Of a stretch of DNA of 64,000 nucleotides, positions 26,381 through 35,924 are shown in pieces. How positions within the stretch are numbered: position 1 is the stretch's first letter; every line of letters begins with the position of its first letter. The position numbers were made by a program, and so were the translations under genes. Location of the stretch: assembly GCA_907165135.1 (NCBI GenBank), contig OU015567.1, positions 8,866,001 through 8,930,000 of the forward strand, in the 5' to 3' direction. The notes under the pieces were generated by a model. That model did not search any database. It was not told the origin of the DNA and saw only the letters and a program-made list of their open reading frames with translations. Origin of the DNA: Oikopleura dioica. Taxonomy: Eukaryota; Animalia; Chordata.

Positions 26381-26859
26381 ATGGCACAAAACCCAGGCTA
26401 CAATCCGAACTTTGACACTCAGTGGAGCACCAATCAATGGAGCAGTACTACTGCACCTCCACCAGCTTATGGACACACCCCACTTCCTGGCCAACAGCCC
26501 GGTTAGCAATATGGTATTTTAATTTCTATATTCTATTCAAAAACCCATCCTTCATCATAGTAATTTATCAAATTCTAGTGTTCGCACAGCCGATGCCAAA
26601 TCAACCGACAAATCCGAGACATCTGGGATCAGAACCGATGTTCTGCGTTTGCCCTCACTGTAAAAAAGAGGGAATGTCTTCTACTCAAAAAGATACAGGT
26701 CTTGGAAACCATCTTGGTGCTCTCGGATGCATCATCGTCGGATGTGTCCTCGGCTGCTGCTTCATTCCTTACTGCATCGACGATCTGAAAGATACTGTTC
26801 ACACATGTTCAAGCTGCCAGAGAGTTATCGGCACAAAAACTCATTTCTTAATATTTTGA
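26381..26859 (+). CDS. LITAF-domain protein, paralogue 4
   Basis: TAPPPAY, LGSEPMFCVCPHC, GCCFIPYCIDDLKDTVHTCSSC. Confidence 0.92.
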
Positions 26860-27029
26860 ATAAATGACAAAAATGTTCTAAATCGACTTTTAACTGGATT
26901 CGTAGGATTAATTAGGAAAAAGAACCGGAAAAGTCGCCATGGAGAAATCTTTGAAGTTCGGATCTATTCGCTTGTTCCATTATAAATTCAATCACTTCTC
27001 GGCATAAGCATAGATAGCCAGGGAGAGAA

Positions 27030-27449
27030 ATGACTGAAGTTCATCCAGAGACAAAAACGCCAATCGATGATCCTCCACCACCATATGCCGGAACCGAACT
27101 GAATACTGTTGCTCAGCCTCCTGTCCAGGCCTATCGTGCCTTAATACGTCAGCCTTATGGATCGCAATCACCTGAATGCGCCTGTCCGTCTTGTGGAACG
27201 ACGGTATAATCAAGTACTAATTCCCCTGTAACAAATATAAATAAGGCACGACTTAATTTGAAAAGAGAACCCGGCAATGGAAACGCTCTCGTCTGCTTGT
27301 TCTGCTGCCTAGCCGGATGCTGGATTTGTTCCTGTTGCGCATTCTGTATTTCCGAGTTGATGGACACCTTTCATGAATGCAAAAGCTGCAAAAAACTCAC
27401 TAAAGTCGACGAGTTCAGATTTTGTCAGAAAACTTTTGTGAATGAATAA
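27030..27449 (+). CDS. LITAF-domain protein, paralogue 5
   Basis: PPPPY, CACPSC, CCLAGCWICSCCAFCISELMDTFHECKSC. Confidence 0.88.
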
Positions 27450-27737
27450 CTAAGTTACTTTCGATAACTGAGAATGACTTTAAATAAAATTGCGTCTTGA
27501 CTCACGTCTTAAATGCCAGAAGAGCTTAGTGAAATCTTCCCAAAATTGACGGGTCGTTTAAAATATCATTCTCGCTTTCCTGTTAGAGAAAAATGTCTTC
27601 TTTGGACGCTGAAGGACAAACTAAGATTGCTGAGGAGCAACCAACTGCAAGTACACGCATTTTTCTTGCAAAAATAATTCAACCGTCTTTTAGTAACAAC
27701 ACCAGCTGGGGAAAAATCCGATCTGGAACCAACGAAA

Positions 27738-28039
27738 TGCTAGCTTCGAAGACTCCCGCGTTGCCGTTTATGCATTGAGATTCGAGCGGGGGCGGCGCTC
27801 GCCGCTCGCGCTCCATAAAAGCTCAGAACGCCCGGGCGCTAACTCACTCCCGAGTAGGTCCGGGGCACGAAAATATACTTTGATTTTATTGTCCGCCAAG
27901 TTCACCGTCCCCGGAATAAAATAGATACAGAGAACTCTTCTCGACTCCTTCTTCAGCAGGCAGTAGCTTAGTTCAGTGAGGCGTAGTAAACTAGCCGAGC
28001 AATGCATCTTGGGGCTGCAAGGGTTGTTCGGAGCTAGTA
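27738..28039 (+). repeat. 5' LTR (302 bp)
   Basis: Runs TGCTAGC...GCTAGTA; no differences from 35623-35924 seen by eye; contains CATAAAA (TATA-like) and AATAAA. Confidence 0.95.
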
Positions 28040-28040
28040 T

Positions 28041-28050
28041 TGGTGTCAGA
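28041..28050 (+). other. Primer binding site TGGTGTCAGA (tRNA-Leu-type)
   Basis: Starts 1 nt after the 5' LTR; complementary to the 3' end ...TCTGACACCA of animal tRNA-Leu(CAA/CAG). Confidence 0.7.
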
Positions 28051-28757
28051 TTTGTCCTTGACTTATTGACTCCTTAGATTGGCTATCCTAAGCGAGTCAA
28101 AGTGGCTCTCCCAGCAAAAGTACGCTGTATTTTTGCTCGGATGGCCGCGGAAACTTTGTTTATCATAATTATAGTTACCCACTGGTCTAAGAAATCAAAG
28201 ACTCAGGATTAGGGAGCAGACGCGCAGAATAAGACTTATTCTGCGAGTACTGTGACGATCCGGCAGCAAAGTAAGTACAGTTGCTAGGATTACAAAACCA
28301 CTGTCGTCGATGCGCGAACCAATCACGGCGCGAGTAGCCCCGTGCCACGTCACCAGTGCACAGTGGCGACCCAACGGTCGCGCGCGAACCCGCTTGCGGG
28401 TGGGCAGCCTAACTGCCACGCAGTGCAAAAATTTAAAAATATTTTTCGCGCGGGCGATGTAGACCTTAGGCGAAATACTAGTTTTAGGTCCATCGAGGGC
28501 ACAACTCCAGTCGACATACAGTTGTAGCCCCTGGCCCCCAACAGAATTTTACGATAAATCAGTGAATTCTAAGCGCGCTCAAAGTCTGAAAATTCCTTTC
28601 GACTTAGAAATTTATTTTCAAATTAATTTTTCCTTCAAAATAATTTACACACGTCGCGGGTAGCTGGTCATAGTTTTTCTAGTGGTCTTCTTCGGTGAAT
28701 TTATTTAAGGACAGTAATTTTTCATGCCCTTACAGAGCCAACTTCCATTCATTCATC

Positions 28758-30133
28758 ATGACTGGAGCTAACTACGCATCATGGGATATGCAGACGCTTA
28801 CCATGGAATATAAACTTCGTGAACAACTTATTAAGAGCTACGAAGAGAGGCCTCCTGAGGATGACGAACATAAGAAAAAGTTCGAAAAAGCCAAGAAAGA
28901 TGAGGCCACTCTGAGAAAAGAATTGCTCAAAAGGGCGATGAGTGGTCAGGTCGCATCCTCTCAGCCCTCTGGGGGAGCGAAGCGAATTTTTACATCGATT
29001 CCCAGATTCTCACTAGTCATATGTCGAAGTTGGGCCGATTCACCGGTAGCAACAGCGAACAAACAGCGGCTTTTACCGCAAAAGTGAAAGGGATCATTGA
29101 CGCCTGTCCATCATTTACCTGGAAGAGGATCTACGGTGCCATAAAGGCAAACATCAGCCAGAATGTTCTAAAAACATTAGAAGCTTCGGATGTCAAGGAT
29201 TTTAAGACCTTCGAATCGGTTCTCAAAGAGCACTATGGCATACTTTCAAACACGTATCAACAGCTGGAAGACTGGCTTACCAAGTGTAAGCCAATCGGCC
29301 AGTCGTTCACGCATCATCAGTCAGAAACGGCTCAGGCCTTAGAGCCAATAATAGATTCATTCGAGAAAGAGTTGATTAAACTCAAAGAGGAAGCTGGAGT
29401 TAAAAACTACCAGCCTACCTTCCGCGACGGATTCTCCGCTCTCAGGATCCTGAAAGTGTTGCAAGCCGTTCGCCAGGATTGCGACCAGACATATTCAGCG
29501 ATCGTGATTGAGCTCAAAGGGTTCAAGACTGCTGAACAGATTGCGCAGCGCGCTACAAGCCTCTCTGTTCAGACAGCATTCAAATCGGTTAATACTGCCG
29601 AAGGGGGTGATGCGGCTTCTTCCAAGAAAAAGCGCAATAATCACCGCAATAAAAATAAAAATGATAAAAAGGATGAGATGAGCGGTGACGATCGCCAGTC
29701 CCAACCTCACAATAGTAACAATAACCGCGGACGTGGGGGTCATCGCGGTGGATCCTCCCGGGGCGGCCACAGCGGCCGTGATTCCAACGTCCAAGGCGGC
29801 TCTTATCACAACCACGGGGCGGGCCGCTCTAACGAGGGTCGCTCTAATGGTGGTCAACGAGGTGGTTCTCGAGGCGGTCAAGGGGGTCACCGTGGCCGCC
29901 ACTGGACACCAAGCATCAGGTCAGATGGTGTCTACGGTGGATCCAACAGCAATGCCAATGCCACCTTCACCGACTACGAGTACCAGCCATTGGGATCTTA
30001 TAACCATGAGCAAGATACTGCACCAACTGGTGATTACTACCAGAGTAGCCAGGCTTACTACGGCAATGATGGCTATAACTATCATTCGTACAATGGATCC
30101 TATTCTACCTTCGGTGCCAGTCCAAAAAACTAG
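28758..30133 (+). CDS. Gag (two overlapping frames joined by -1 shift, most plausibly at the G5 run 28971-28975)
   Basis: ATG at 28758 opens a helical ORF. The second frame is open from 28904 to 30133 with an LGRFTG (xPxFxG-like) capsid start, then RGG- and Y/Q/N-rich C-terminus. Confidence 0.8.
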
Positions 30134-30166
30134 GTGAGTCCGACATTGTTGATGACTTTGTCGGAC
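30124..30166 (+). promoter_or_regulatory. -1 programmed ribosomal frameshift signal (gag-pol)
   Basis: In-frame heptamer A_AAA_AAC directly before the gag TAG, 7-nt spacer, perfect 8-bp stem GTCCGACA / TGTCGGAC. The -1 frame is open into pol. Confidence 0.88.
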
Positions 30167-33100
30167 ACGTGAATCCTCAATTCAAACAATACTACCCAGC
30201 CAATTCCGGTCCGATGTACGTCCCCGTTTATTTTTCTGAGCATCCACGATTAATAATTAAAGCACTTGTCGATTCCGGAAGCTTTGCTACACTAATCAGT
30301 ATAAGACTTGTACGTGATTTAAAATTGACCATGTTTGCAACTACTCAGACAGTAAGAGGCATCGGTGGTGTTCAATCCAGAGCCCTTGGCAGAGTTGAAA
30401 CTGACATCAGGGTCGGTCAAAGTTATTGGCCGAAAGTGGAAATGTTTGTCCTTCCCGAGAATTGTATCAGTATTCCCTGTATACTTGGCCGAAGGCCCTT
30501 GAACGAGCGTTGCTTAGAAATCAACCAGGATCTCCAGAATCGAACGATCACTCTGCGCTCGCAGGGCAATCAGATTTCTAGAATTCCGTATATCAATGAT
30601 CCGAGAACTGAATGTTTGAAGGGACCCGGTGAGACTCATGTGGCTCTCGATTCAATGAATGCGACAGAGCTTGTGGAGCTTGTTCTGAAGGAACTTGGAG
30701 CCACAATCAATGTTGAAAACATCGAAGAGGCGCGCGCGGTCGCTATCATTCTGCTCAAACGCCGAGGAGCTTTCAAAACTCCCGATAAGCCAATTGGCAC
30801 GTACAAGGCTTATGAAGCAGAGATAAACACAATTCCCGGTAAGTCAAAGCACGTTCCCCAGTTCAAGGTGGCTGAGCGCCATATCGTTCCCATTAACAAC
30901 CAGATTACTAAGCTCAAGAAAATCAAGGTTCTCGTGCCTTCCGACAATAGTTGTGGATGGAATACTCCCCTTGGGGGCGTTCCAAAACCAGATGGTGGCA
31001 CTAGATTGATCCTTAACTTGAACTTAACCGTTAACCCCTTGTTGCAAAATTCAGACACTTTCGCGATTCCTAACATAGACGCTTCCATGGAGTTGCCGCT
31101 AGGCATACGCTATTTTGGCGTTATGGATATCGCAAATGGGTACTGGAATATAAAGGTCAAGGAGTCAGACCAGGTCAAACTTAGCATTTTTTGGAACGAT
31201 GAATGTCTTAAATTTACACGATTACCCTTTGGCTTGAAGAGCTCGGGGCACTTATTTGTCCGAGCTATCACCCACGCCCTGAAGGGCATGAAGTACAGGG
31301 AGAACGTGAAAATTTTCGTTGATGACTGTCTCGTGTTTGCGAGGGATTTTTCAACCTATTGTGCCGCACTCGCGGAGCTGCTGGAAAAAATCGAGGAATA
31401 CGGATTTGTCGTTGGAGGATCCAAGACAAAATTGTTATTTCCGGAAAATAAGTGGCTGGGCAGAATTGTTGACTCTAATGGCATGCGAAGCGATCCTAGT
31501 AACGTAGAGGCCATTGCCAAAATGCAGCCGCCTAAAACGTACAAAGATCTACAATCGTTGATCGGGTTACTGAATTGGTGCAGATCCTTTGCTTCAATCA
31601 AGCCCGGTGACACTGTCGGTAGTGCGAGCTTCTCCCACATCGTCAAAGACATCACCGAGCTCCTCAAGGTTAACAAGCCTAAACAGAAACTAGTCTGGTC
31701 TCCGAGGGCAAACAAGGCCTTTAATAATGTCAAAGCTAAACTTTCCTCCGATTCCATGATTTGGTTCCCCGATTATTCAAAGCCATTTATGCTCGTTACT
31801 GATGCTAGCGCAGCAGCCGCTGGATGGTGTTTGATGCAAAAAGTGGACGGTCGCGATCGGCTCATTCGAGTCGGGTCGCGCACCTTTACTGAGACTCAGT
31901 CAAGATATTCGGCCACAGAGCGTGAAGCTAACGCCATTATTATGGCAGTAAGTGACTGTAGAGTTTACCTTCTTGGCCGGAATTTTGTACTTAAAACGGA
32001 TCATAAAGCCCTAACCTTCATCGATTCCAAGATAGCCAAAAATGACAAATTGATCCGTTGGTGGAATTTACTAAGCGAATACAATTTCACTTGCGTATAC
32101 ATCGAAGGCGCCTGTAACACAGTGGCTGACTATTTCTCGCGCCCACCGGGCGTCGATATGTCCCGCCCAACTTACAAGGGTGAAAATGAGCCAGCTGGAA
32201 AATTTCACAAGTTCCACGCGTTCGATATTTACGTCCCATCTTGGTGTAAAATCGATGAAGTGCCCAAAATCGAATTCAACAGTGATGATCTTACCACAAG
32301 CGACAACGTCGTCGCCCACGTGTGCCATAAGGTCCCCACTGAAAAAGGTATTTTTGAGCGTATGTCCATCACCAGCGAACAAGCTCAGAACGAAGCGTGT
32401 CGCGCGGCGATAGACGCTCTGACTAATGACAGTACTATGAGATACGATAGACATTGCGAAGAAGCTGGTTATCTGTGGCGTCATTTCAATTCTCTATCTA
32501 TCTGCGAAAAGACCGGCGCCTTGCTGGTTAAGAGTAAAATTTACGTTCCGAGTACGCTGCGTCCGAGAATATTGATGGATTTCCATGATTATCGAAATCA
32601 CAGCGGCGCCGAGCGCATGAGGGACAATATGAGTCACCTGACTTGGCCCAATATGTCTGATGATATTAGTGCATATTGCAGGTCCTGCATTTGTAGCCAC
32701 TCAAAAGGGGGTCGTGGACACCATTTGGACCCTGGGTTCTTACCGACCGAGAAAGGCAAATTTCCGTTCCAACTTGTTTATGTAGACTTTATCGAGCTCC
32801 CTGTCTCTCGCGGAGGGCTTCGTTATTGTTGCACTATGGTAGATTCGTTTTCAAAATACTTGATCGCCGTTCCGACTCGTCGAGCGCGAGCAGTTGACGC
32901 TTGCCAGGCGATAACGGAGCATTTGCTCGATCATTACCCTCATCCCGAAGTCATTTCGAGTGATAGGGGCACTCATTTCACCAGTTCATTGAATGCCACT
33001 TTCAGCGCAATGAACGGCTTGAAATGGCGTCACCATATCGCATTTAGACCTCAGGCGTGTGCACTCCTAGAAAGTAGGCATCGTGAGTTGAAGAATGTCA

Positions 33101-34071
33101 TTTTTATCGTTACTAACTCCTCCAACCTCGATTGGCCTAGTGTCATACAACGCGTCGTTTACATAATGAACGCCTCGAAAAATGCATCTACAAAAACTGC
33201 TCCGTTTGAAGTTGTTTTTGGTAGACCCGCAAAGTTAAGCGCTTTTGACAAGGACTTTGACCCGCCATCTGGTGAAAACATTCCTGAGTTTTTACGTAAC
33301 AGAGCGCGCGTCACTGATCTTCTCTTCAAAAAGATAAAAATTTGTCAGAAGATGGCCGACGATGTGGTCCGCTGGGGCCGGCCTCGTCATCACCCAGAAA
33401 TCCTCGAGCCAGGAGATGAAGTATTTCTCAAGCGAGAGCACTCAGCCGTCGCTAAGTCAAAGCATTTGAAATGGCTCGGTCCTTACGTAGTTGTCCGAAG
33501 TAACGGACATATCGTACAACTCAGCGATCAGGCCGGTCACCTTGACTGGTTCCACAGATCGGATATTCTCAAGAAAGTTCCGCGCCCTCCTAGGTTAGGA
33601 GCGGTGCCGTACTTCCCTTGCATGAGAGTACCTCTGCCCCAAACGTTACCGACGCCACCAGTCACGCAAAAACCGCTGATTGATAGCGCCCCTGACAATG
33701 TAACTACTCTTCCTGAGCTCAGAAATAGCGAAAATCCGATTTCCGAGGCGAATCGCCCTGAGGCAAGTGCTGGCGAAAATTTGACCCCTGGCGAGAGCCC
33801 GATTGGGTGCTCGCCTGGACCGTCAAACGACAATAATCTAAATCCGCAGAGTTCTGGCAATGCTAGAAGCTCTACATCTAGAAAACGTAAATCACCTAGT
33901 GAGCCCTCAACAGATTCAAAGAAACCAAAAAGTTGGCCCGACTCGCGCTGCGAGAGAGCCTCCACTAGATCACAGTCGGCAAAAGCAGCAGAAATGCTAC
34001 GTGAGGATGAAATTTATGCTCAGCAGCTCCAAGATGCTGAGCGAAGAAGGTCGTCAAGAAAGCCACTGTAA
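30130..34071 (+). CDS. Pol polyprotein: aspartic protease, reverse transcriptase, RNase H, integrase, low-complexity tail
   Basis: LVDSGS; MDIANGYWNI, RLPFGLKSS, FVDD; TDASA, YSATEREA, TDHKAL; H-x3-H...CRSC, VYVDF, SDRGTHF, ESRHRELK, WLGPY. Confidence 0.97.
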   Translation, partial: LGESDIVDDFVGHVNPQFKQYYPANSGPMYVPVYFSEHPRLIIKALVDSGSFATLISIRLVRDLKLTMFATTQTVRGIGGVQSRALGRVETDIRVGQSYWPKVEMFVLPENCISIPCILGRRPLNERCLEINQDLQNRTITLRSQGNQISRIPYINDPRTECLKGPGETHVALDSMNATELVELVLKELGATINVENIEEARAVAIILLKRRGAFKTPDKPIGTYKAYEAEINTIPGKSKHVPQFKVAERHIVPINNQITKLKKIKVLVPSDNSCGWNTPLGGVPKPDGGTRLILNLNLTVNPLLQNSDTFAIPNIDASMELPLGIRYFGVMDIANGYWNIKVKESDQVKLSIFWNDECLKFTRLPFGLKSSGHLFVRAITHALKGMKYRENVKIFVDDCLVFARDFSTYCAALAELLEKIEEYGFVVGGSKTKLLFPENKWLGRIVDSNGMRSDPSNVEAIAKMQPPKTYKDLQSLIGLLNWCRSFASIKPGDTVGSASFSHIVKDITELLKVNKPKQKLVWSPRANKAFNNVKAKLSSDSMIWFPDYSKPFMLVTDASAAAAGWCLMQKVDGRDRLIRVGSRTFTETQSRYSATEREANAIIMAVSDCRVYLLGRNFVLKTDHKALTFIDSKIAKNDKLIRWWNLLSEYNFTCVYIEGACNTVADYFSRPPGVDMSRPTYKGENEPAGKFHKFHAFDIYVPSWCKIDEVPKIEFNSDDLTTSDNVVAHVCHKVPTEKGIFERMSITSEQAQNEACRAAIDALTNDSTMRYDRHCEEAGYLWRHFNSLSICEKTGALLVKSKIYVPSTLRPRILMDFHDYRNHSGAERMRDNMSHLTWPNMSDDISAYCRSCICSHSKGGRGHHLDPGFLPTEKGKFPFQLVYVDFIELPVSRGGLRYCCTMVDSFSKYLIAVPTRRARAVDACQAITEHLLDHYPHPEVISSDRGTHFTSSLNATFSAMNGLKWRHHIAFRPQACALLESRHRELKNVIFIVTNSSNLDWPSVIQRVVYIMNASKNASTKTAPFEVVFGRPAKLSAFDKDFDPPSGENIPEFLRNRARVTDLLFKKIKICQKMADDVVRWGRPRHHPEILEPGDEVFLKREHSAVAKSKHLKWLGPYVVVRSNGHIVQLSDQAGHLDWFHRSDILKKVPRPPRLGAVPYFPCMRVPLPQTLPTPPVTQKPLIDSAPDNVTTLPELRNSENPISEANRPEASAGENLTPGESPIGCSPGPSNDNNLNPQSSGNARSSTSRKRKSPSEPSTDSKKPKSWPDSRCERASTRSQSAKAAEMLREDEIYAQQLQDAERRRSSRKPL

Positions 34072-34235
34072 AATAATTTTTCTGTATTTTAGTCGATTAA
34101 AGTGTACCCTCCTGTTTAGGGGTAGTACTATGATAAACAGTTGGATAAACTTTGTGCTTTTTATACAGTGATTTTACATGTACTGTACATTCAGCTCATC
34201 GTGCTTACCGTGTAACTTAACATCTGTTCAGTTAG

Positions 34236-35475
34236 ATGGTTCGTATCTCGGAAATGACCGACGCGCTCGACGTCGGCCTCGACTGCGACACGATGGAACT
34301 CGACACTGGTTCATTGATGAACCCCACTATGTCCTCGGAGGCCGAATCGAACGAAAGTCCGGAGCAGGGGGTCTCAGAAAACCCTGAGCTCGCTGATTCA
34401 GGTATTTCTAGCCCTCCGAAGGTTCCTCCACTAAAAATCCCTTAGCACCTGAGGCGCCCGCGGTTGCGGCTTCCTCAGCGTCAGATCCGGCCGCGGCGTC
34501 GACTTCTGCGCCGTTGGCCCCGACAAACGCAGTGGCCACTGCTTCCCAGACTCACCAAACATTGCACCCACCGCGCGACTGGGAGGACTTGTGGAGTAAC
34601 CTCGATGGACGAGAGTTCGAACTCTCCATCTACTCCGATAACGCCGCGGTGGGCAAAAACTGCTCAACGAGCTCATCTCCAAGTCCAAGCAGCAAGGCAA
34701 AGTGCTGGTCATCAATGACGTGGTCCAGCGGACTCAAGGTGGAGTCGACCGTGTCAAGTACCTCCAGCAGATATTGCTCTCTGAGCTCGCCGAGCACTCT
34801 GACCGGTTACACTTAGCCGAATTTCGGGACGGTCCGGCAATGAAAAGCATCGTTGCCCTCGCTCAAACATTGTTTGCGAGTGGTTCCAAGTACGCCGAAG
34901 TCGCCCACTTCATTGTGAAGTCGAACTTGGAAACAGCGAAAAATCGCCAGAATAAATACCGTGCCGGACCGCCGCCAACACCGGTTATCACTGTCTCAGA
35001 CTCCCCACCAGCTCCTCGGATCGTTTCAATGAGAAACAATTTGTTGGCGTCGCCAACGGTCGCTCCTGCATCTGCCGCGGTTGCGGTGGGTGCTGGAGTA
35101 GCGCCAACCACATTGGCAACTGTCACTGGGGCAGACTGGCCCGCTCCCTCATCGGCACCAGCCGGTTGGGGTGCCCCATCGACATCCACAACTCCCTGGC
35201 CCGTGCCGGTTACCACATCAGGCTTGGTAGCCCCGCCGCGGCCAGCTACTCCCATCCAGGCCCAGGGTGTCCCACTTCAGCGTCAAAATGAATTACTCCG
35301 TGCTCAAGTGGACGCCTTGATTAGTACGATCAATGCTTACACCGAGGACGCCAGTGCTCCGCAAAATGGCAACCGGAGCGACCGTGGATCTGCTCGAGGC
35401 CGAGGACGTGGCCGAGGCCAGCGCCGAAATCAACGAGGCCCATATGTACGAGGCTCCTTCCGTGGCCGCTACTGA
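34236..35475 (+). CDS. Retrotransposon ORF3 of unknown function (spliced; non-env-like)
   Basis: ATG follows TTAG. GT-AG intron 34402-34445 joins the frames. A -1 shift at A5 34655-34659 links to the 257-aa ORF ending in an RG-rich tail. Confidence 0.65.
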
Positions 35476-35614
35476 GCCGTCATCGCAGCTGCCTTCACCT
35501 AGTCCCTGCCAAATTTCACCTCGATTGCCTAGATCTTCACGAAGCGCTGCCATTTTTCACCTGCCCTGCTAAATTTACACTGTCGCTGCTAGTAATTCCC
35601 GCCGAATTCGATGC

Positions 35615-35621
35615 AAGGGGG
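35615..35621 (+). other. Polypurine tract AAGGGGG
   Basis: Purine run ending 1 nt before the 3' LTR. Confidence 0.65.
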
Positions 35622-35622
35622 T

Positions 35623-35924
35623 TGCTAGCTTCGAAGACTCCCGCGTTGCCGTTTATGCATTGAGATTCGAGCGGGGGCGGCGCTCGCCGCTCGCGCTCCA
35701 TAAAAGCTCAGAACGCCCGGGCGCTAACTCACTCCCGAGTAGGTCCGGGGCACGAAAATATACTTTGATTTTATTGTCCGCCAAGTTCACCGTCCCCGGA
35801 ATAAAATAGATACAGAGAACTCTTCTCGACTCCTTCTTCAGCAGGCAGTAGCTTAGTTCAGTGAGGCGTAGTAAACTAGCCGAGCAATGCATCTTGGGGC
35901 TGCAAGGGTTGTTCGGAGCTAGTA
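35623..35924 (+). repeat. 3' LTR (302 bp)
   Basis: Same sequence as the 5' LTR; the ORF track gives identical 79-aa antisense ORFs at an offset of 7885 bp. Confidence 0.95.

Larger units (their letters stand above)
27738..35924 (+). mobile_element. Full-length Ty3/Gypsy LTR retrotransposon (Tor-like), 8187 bp, gag-pol plus extra ORF3
   Basis: Identical LTRs, 4-bp TSD GAAA (27734-27737, 35925-35928), PBS, PPT, and PR-RT-RH-IN order. Confidence 0.97.

Noticed and set aside
27768-28007. 79-aa antisense ORF in each LTR
   Set aside because: Duplicated only because the LTRs are identical; no recognisable protein features.
29495-29902. Hydrophobic antisense ORF and overlapping alternative-frame ORF in gag
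   Set aside because: Shadows of the GC-rich, low-complexity RGG coding region.
34654-34660. C_AAA_AAC in ORF3 as a second programmed frameshift
   Set aside because: The P-site triplet is non-canonical and there is no strong downstream stem; a homopolymer indel is at least as likely (kept as an open question in findings).
34236-35475. ORF3 as a conventional env gene
   Set aside because: No signal peptide, no convincing TM helix (the Ala/Val/Gly stretch is Pro-interrupted), almost no Cys in the inferred frame, and an Arg/Gly-rich C-terminus.
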